The notes under the pieces: model-generated | Database searches by the model: none | What the model was told of the DNA's origin: nothing | Seen by the model: the letters and a program-made list of their open reading frames with translations, nothing else | Made by a program: the position numbers and the translations under genes | DNA from: Octopus sinensis | Taxonomy: Eukaryota | NCBI RefSeq assembly: GCF_006345805.1 | Contig: NC_043003.1 | Span: forward strand, 88,474,001-88,538,000 | Length of the DNA: 64,000 nucleotides | Direction of reading: 5' to 3' | Shown: piece by piece, positions 61,080 to 64,000 of the stretch | Position numbering within the stretch: position 1 is the first letter of the stretch | Layout of the letters: each line of letters opens with the position of its first letter

Positions 61080-61860
61080 GGTAAAAGTTAGGACCCGAAC
61101 CCTTCAAGGGATGTTTAGCATCCAAGTTCCAGAGGAAAACCCTAATTTGTGATTTCAAAAGGATCATATTATCCTAAAAGTTACAAGGGAAAAACTTGGA
61201 TCTTGTGAATTTTCTGAGGCCCTATCTCCCCCACCCCCATTACTTTCTGTGCATTTTTGTTTTCAGATTTGTTTCCTACATGGGTGTAAAGTAGAAAGAT
61301 ACCCATTTTCCTTGAAGTTACAAGAGAAAATCATCGGATCTTGTGAATTTTCCGAAGTCTTCTCCCCACCCCCAGGAAAAGATTTTCCCAACAAATTTCT
61401 TTATAATCATTATCTATACTATCTGAAATGTATTTATATAAAATTTCACTAAGAAAACGCATTTTCCTAAAAGAGAAGAGGGAAAAACATCGGATCTTGT
61501 GAATTTTCTGAAGGCCTCTCCCCAACCCCCATTGCTTTCCGGGCATTTTTGTTTTCATATTCGTTTCCTACACCTTTTTTTTTTACACCCATTGCACTAT
61601 TTTTGCTTAATGCTTACAACTTGACCCAGAAACGAAAATCAGAAAAAAATAGTGCAATGGGTGTAAAAAAATGTGTAGGAAACGAATAATATAAAAAAAT
61701 GCATGCAAAGCAATGGGAGGGTGTGGAGAAGACCTTAGAAAATTCACAAGGTTCAAGTTTTTCCCTCATAACTTTTAGGAAAATGGTTTTTTTTTTCAAT
61801 GAAATTTTACATAAATACCTTATAAAGTAATTTGTGGGGAAAATCTTGTAAAAATTTAAT
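61080..61860. repeat. Unclassified element built of direct and inverted subrepeats; another copy at 63655-64000
   Basis: GGATCTTGTGAATTTTC at about 61198, 61336 and 61491, inverted near 61738, and again near 63798 (one mismatch) and 63968; AAGATTTTCCC.ACAAATT shared. Confidence 0.7.
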
Positions 61861-61989
61861 GTGTCTGTATGTATACATATATAATTTTTAATAATATTAT
61901 TATTAATATTAGGAAATCAATATCAAAACTCCCCAGAAAGATATACACGTGTGAAAAATAATTGTCGAATTAAAAATATATAAATATGT

Positions 61990-62925
61990 TAAGCACCCTG
62001 AGAGAAATGCTGGACATAAGAAGCATCAGATGTGGTGTGCAAGAGCGACGCTTGCGATGGTATGGTCATGTACTGCGGATGGATGAGGAGAGATGTGTGA
62101 AGAAGTGCTGCTCCCAAACAGTTGAAGGTATCAGGGGGAGAGGTAGACCCAGGAAGACATGGGATAAGGTAGTCAAGCATGACCTCAGAGCGTTGGGCCT
62201 CACAGAGGCAATGGCGAAGGACTGAGATCTCTGGAGATATGCTGTGACTGCAAAGACCCAGGTTGCTTCCTGCACCAGTTCCGCATAGCCCCTGCCCATT
62301 CAAAGTACCTTGGATTCCAGAACATCTCGCTGTGCTTCAGGAGACCTATTGAGTCAAGTACATGAACATCGAAATAAATATCAATGGAAATAGTAGTTGT
62401 GATACCTGTGCCGGTGGCACATAAAAAGCACCATCCGATCGTGGCCGATGCCACCGCCACCTCGACTGGCTTCTTTGCCGGTGGTACATAAAAAGCACCC
62501 ACTACACTCGCGGAGTGGTTGGCGTTAGGAAGGGCATCCAGCTGTAGAAACACTGCCAGATCAGACTGGAGCCTGGTGCAGCCTCCTGGCTTCCCAGACC
62601 CCAGTCGAACTCTCCAACCCGTGCTAGCGCGGAAAACAGACGTTAAACAATGATGATGATGATAAAAGTATTGGCCCCCGTGCCGGTGGCACGTAAAAAG
62701 CACCATCCGACCATGGCCGTTTGCAGCCCCGTCTGGCACCTGTGCCGGTGGCACGTAAAAGCACCCACAACACTCACGGAGTGGTTGGCGTTAGGAAGAG
62801 CATCCAGCCGTAGAAACATTGCCAGATCAGACTGGGCCTGGCGCAGCCTTCTGGCTTCCCAGATCCCAGTTGAACCGTCCAACCCATGCTAGCGTGGAAA
62901 GCGTACGCTAAATGATGATGATGAT
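61990..62925 (+). mobile_element. RTE 3' end followed by a second tail-only copy (62670-62925)
   Basis: LDIRSIRCGVQERRLRWYGHV...RGRGRPRKTW; two (GAT)n tails near 62650 and 62915. Confidence 0.88.
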
Positions 62926-62970
62926 ATAATGTATATGACAGTTTAAAAGTTTTGAATTAATTATTTAAAG

Positions 62971-63062
62971 CATCTTATGATCGTTTCACAGAAGAGTTGT
63001 CCCTATAATGAAATCCTATATTGATAAGCATTTATAGACAATGCTTCTGCTCTTCAGAGATA
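62971..63062 (-). ncRNA. Minimal Penelope-type hammerhead motif with one stem III mutation
   Basis: Minus strand ATCT-CTGAAGA-GCAGAAG...CTTCTGT-GAAAC-GATC-ATA-AGAT. Confidence 0.55.
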
Positions 63063-64000
63063 TAAAATTTGAATTCTGTATAACATATCGAATGATAGTT
63101 TGTTTTTTTTAATTTGAAGTAAAACTATAGAATGGTGTTTGTTTGAAAGATAAATTAAAAATTACTACTTTTGATGAGTCTTTAAATCCATATATACTTC
63201 CTTGGTTATTCTACTGCAATAATCCATAATATTCATATGTAAGATCCATTATATTATCTTGTATATACATGTCTGTATATATACATATATATGTGTGTGT
63301 GCATGTGTATATATGTGTGTATATATATATGTGTGTGTGTGTGTGTGTATATGTGTGTGTATGTGTGTATATATTGATGTGTGTGTGTGTATATGTATAT
63401 AGATGTATGTGTGTGTGTGTATATATATATATATATAGATAGATAGATAGATAGATAGATAGAGAGAAAAAATAATGAGTGAATGAGAAAAACAACGGAA
63501 GGGTTTAAAAAGCGTCAAAATAACTGGAAATAAAATGAAACAAAATTGAAGCCAAAACATTAAAAATTATTGAAAGTGGGTAGAAATAAACACTACATAG
63601 TGTAGTAGTGCTATGCTAGAGCATCTGTAGAAAGTTCAATGTGATTTCGGAATGGAAAAATTCAGATCGTGGGAGTTTTCTGAAAGTCCTCTCCCCACCT
63701 CAAGATTTTCCCCACAAATTACTTTATAATCGCAATGTATGCTGTTTGAAAAAAAAAACAGACACACATTTTCCTAACAGTTACAAGCAAAAAGCTCAGA
63801 TCTTGTGAATTTTCCTAAGTCTTCTCTCCACTCTCTTGGAAAAGATTTTCCCCACAAATTTCTTTATAATCGTAATGTATGCTGTTTGAAAGGTATTCAT
63901 ATAAAATGTATTTTATATCACATATGAAAAAACCCCATTGTCCTAAAAGTTATGAGGGAAAAACTTGGATCTTGTGAATTTTCTGAGGTCCTCTCCCCAC

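Overview
Repeat-saturated, AT-rich eukaryotic DNA. The SINE, RTE and Penelope families plus the (TA)n load look like an octopus/coleoid cephalopod genome (inference from recalled repeat families). Nearly all recognisable sequence is transposon-derived: a Buster/SPIN-type hAT, a Tc1, several RTE, CR1/L2-group and Penelope-like retroelements, tRNA-derived SINEs, non-autonomous Helitrons, Gypsy-type LTR pieces, satellites, long palindromes and a 100-N gap. Most short ORFs in the track are translated microsatellites. The only host-gene candidate is one minus-strand exon at 26404-26604. The standout is at 8142-14063. A 352-bp tandem unit carries a complete type I hammerhead ribozyme (retrozyme-like). 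A full-length 5.3-kb Tx1/L1-clade LINE is inserted into the second unit with an exact 20-bp, non-A-rich target-site duplication inside the ribozyme's stem I. The LINE is therefore bracketed by two same-sense hammerheads. Three further minimal Penelope-type hammerhead motifs (20925, 57659, 62971) and some decayed ones also occur. All folds and alignments were read by eye.
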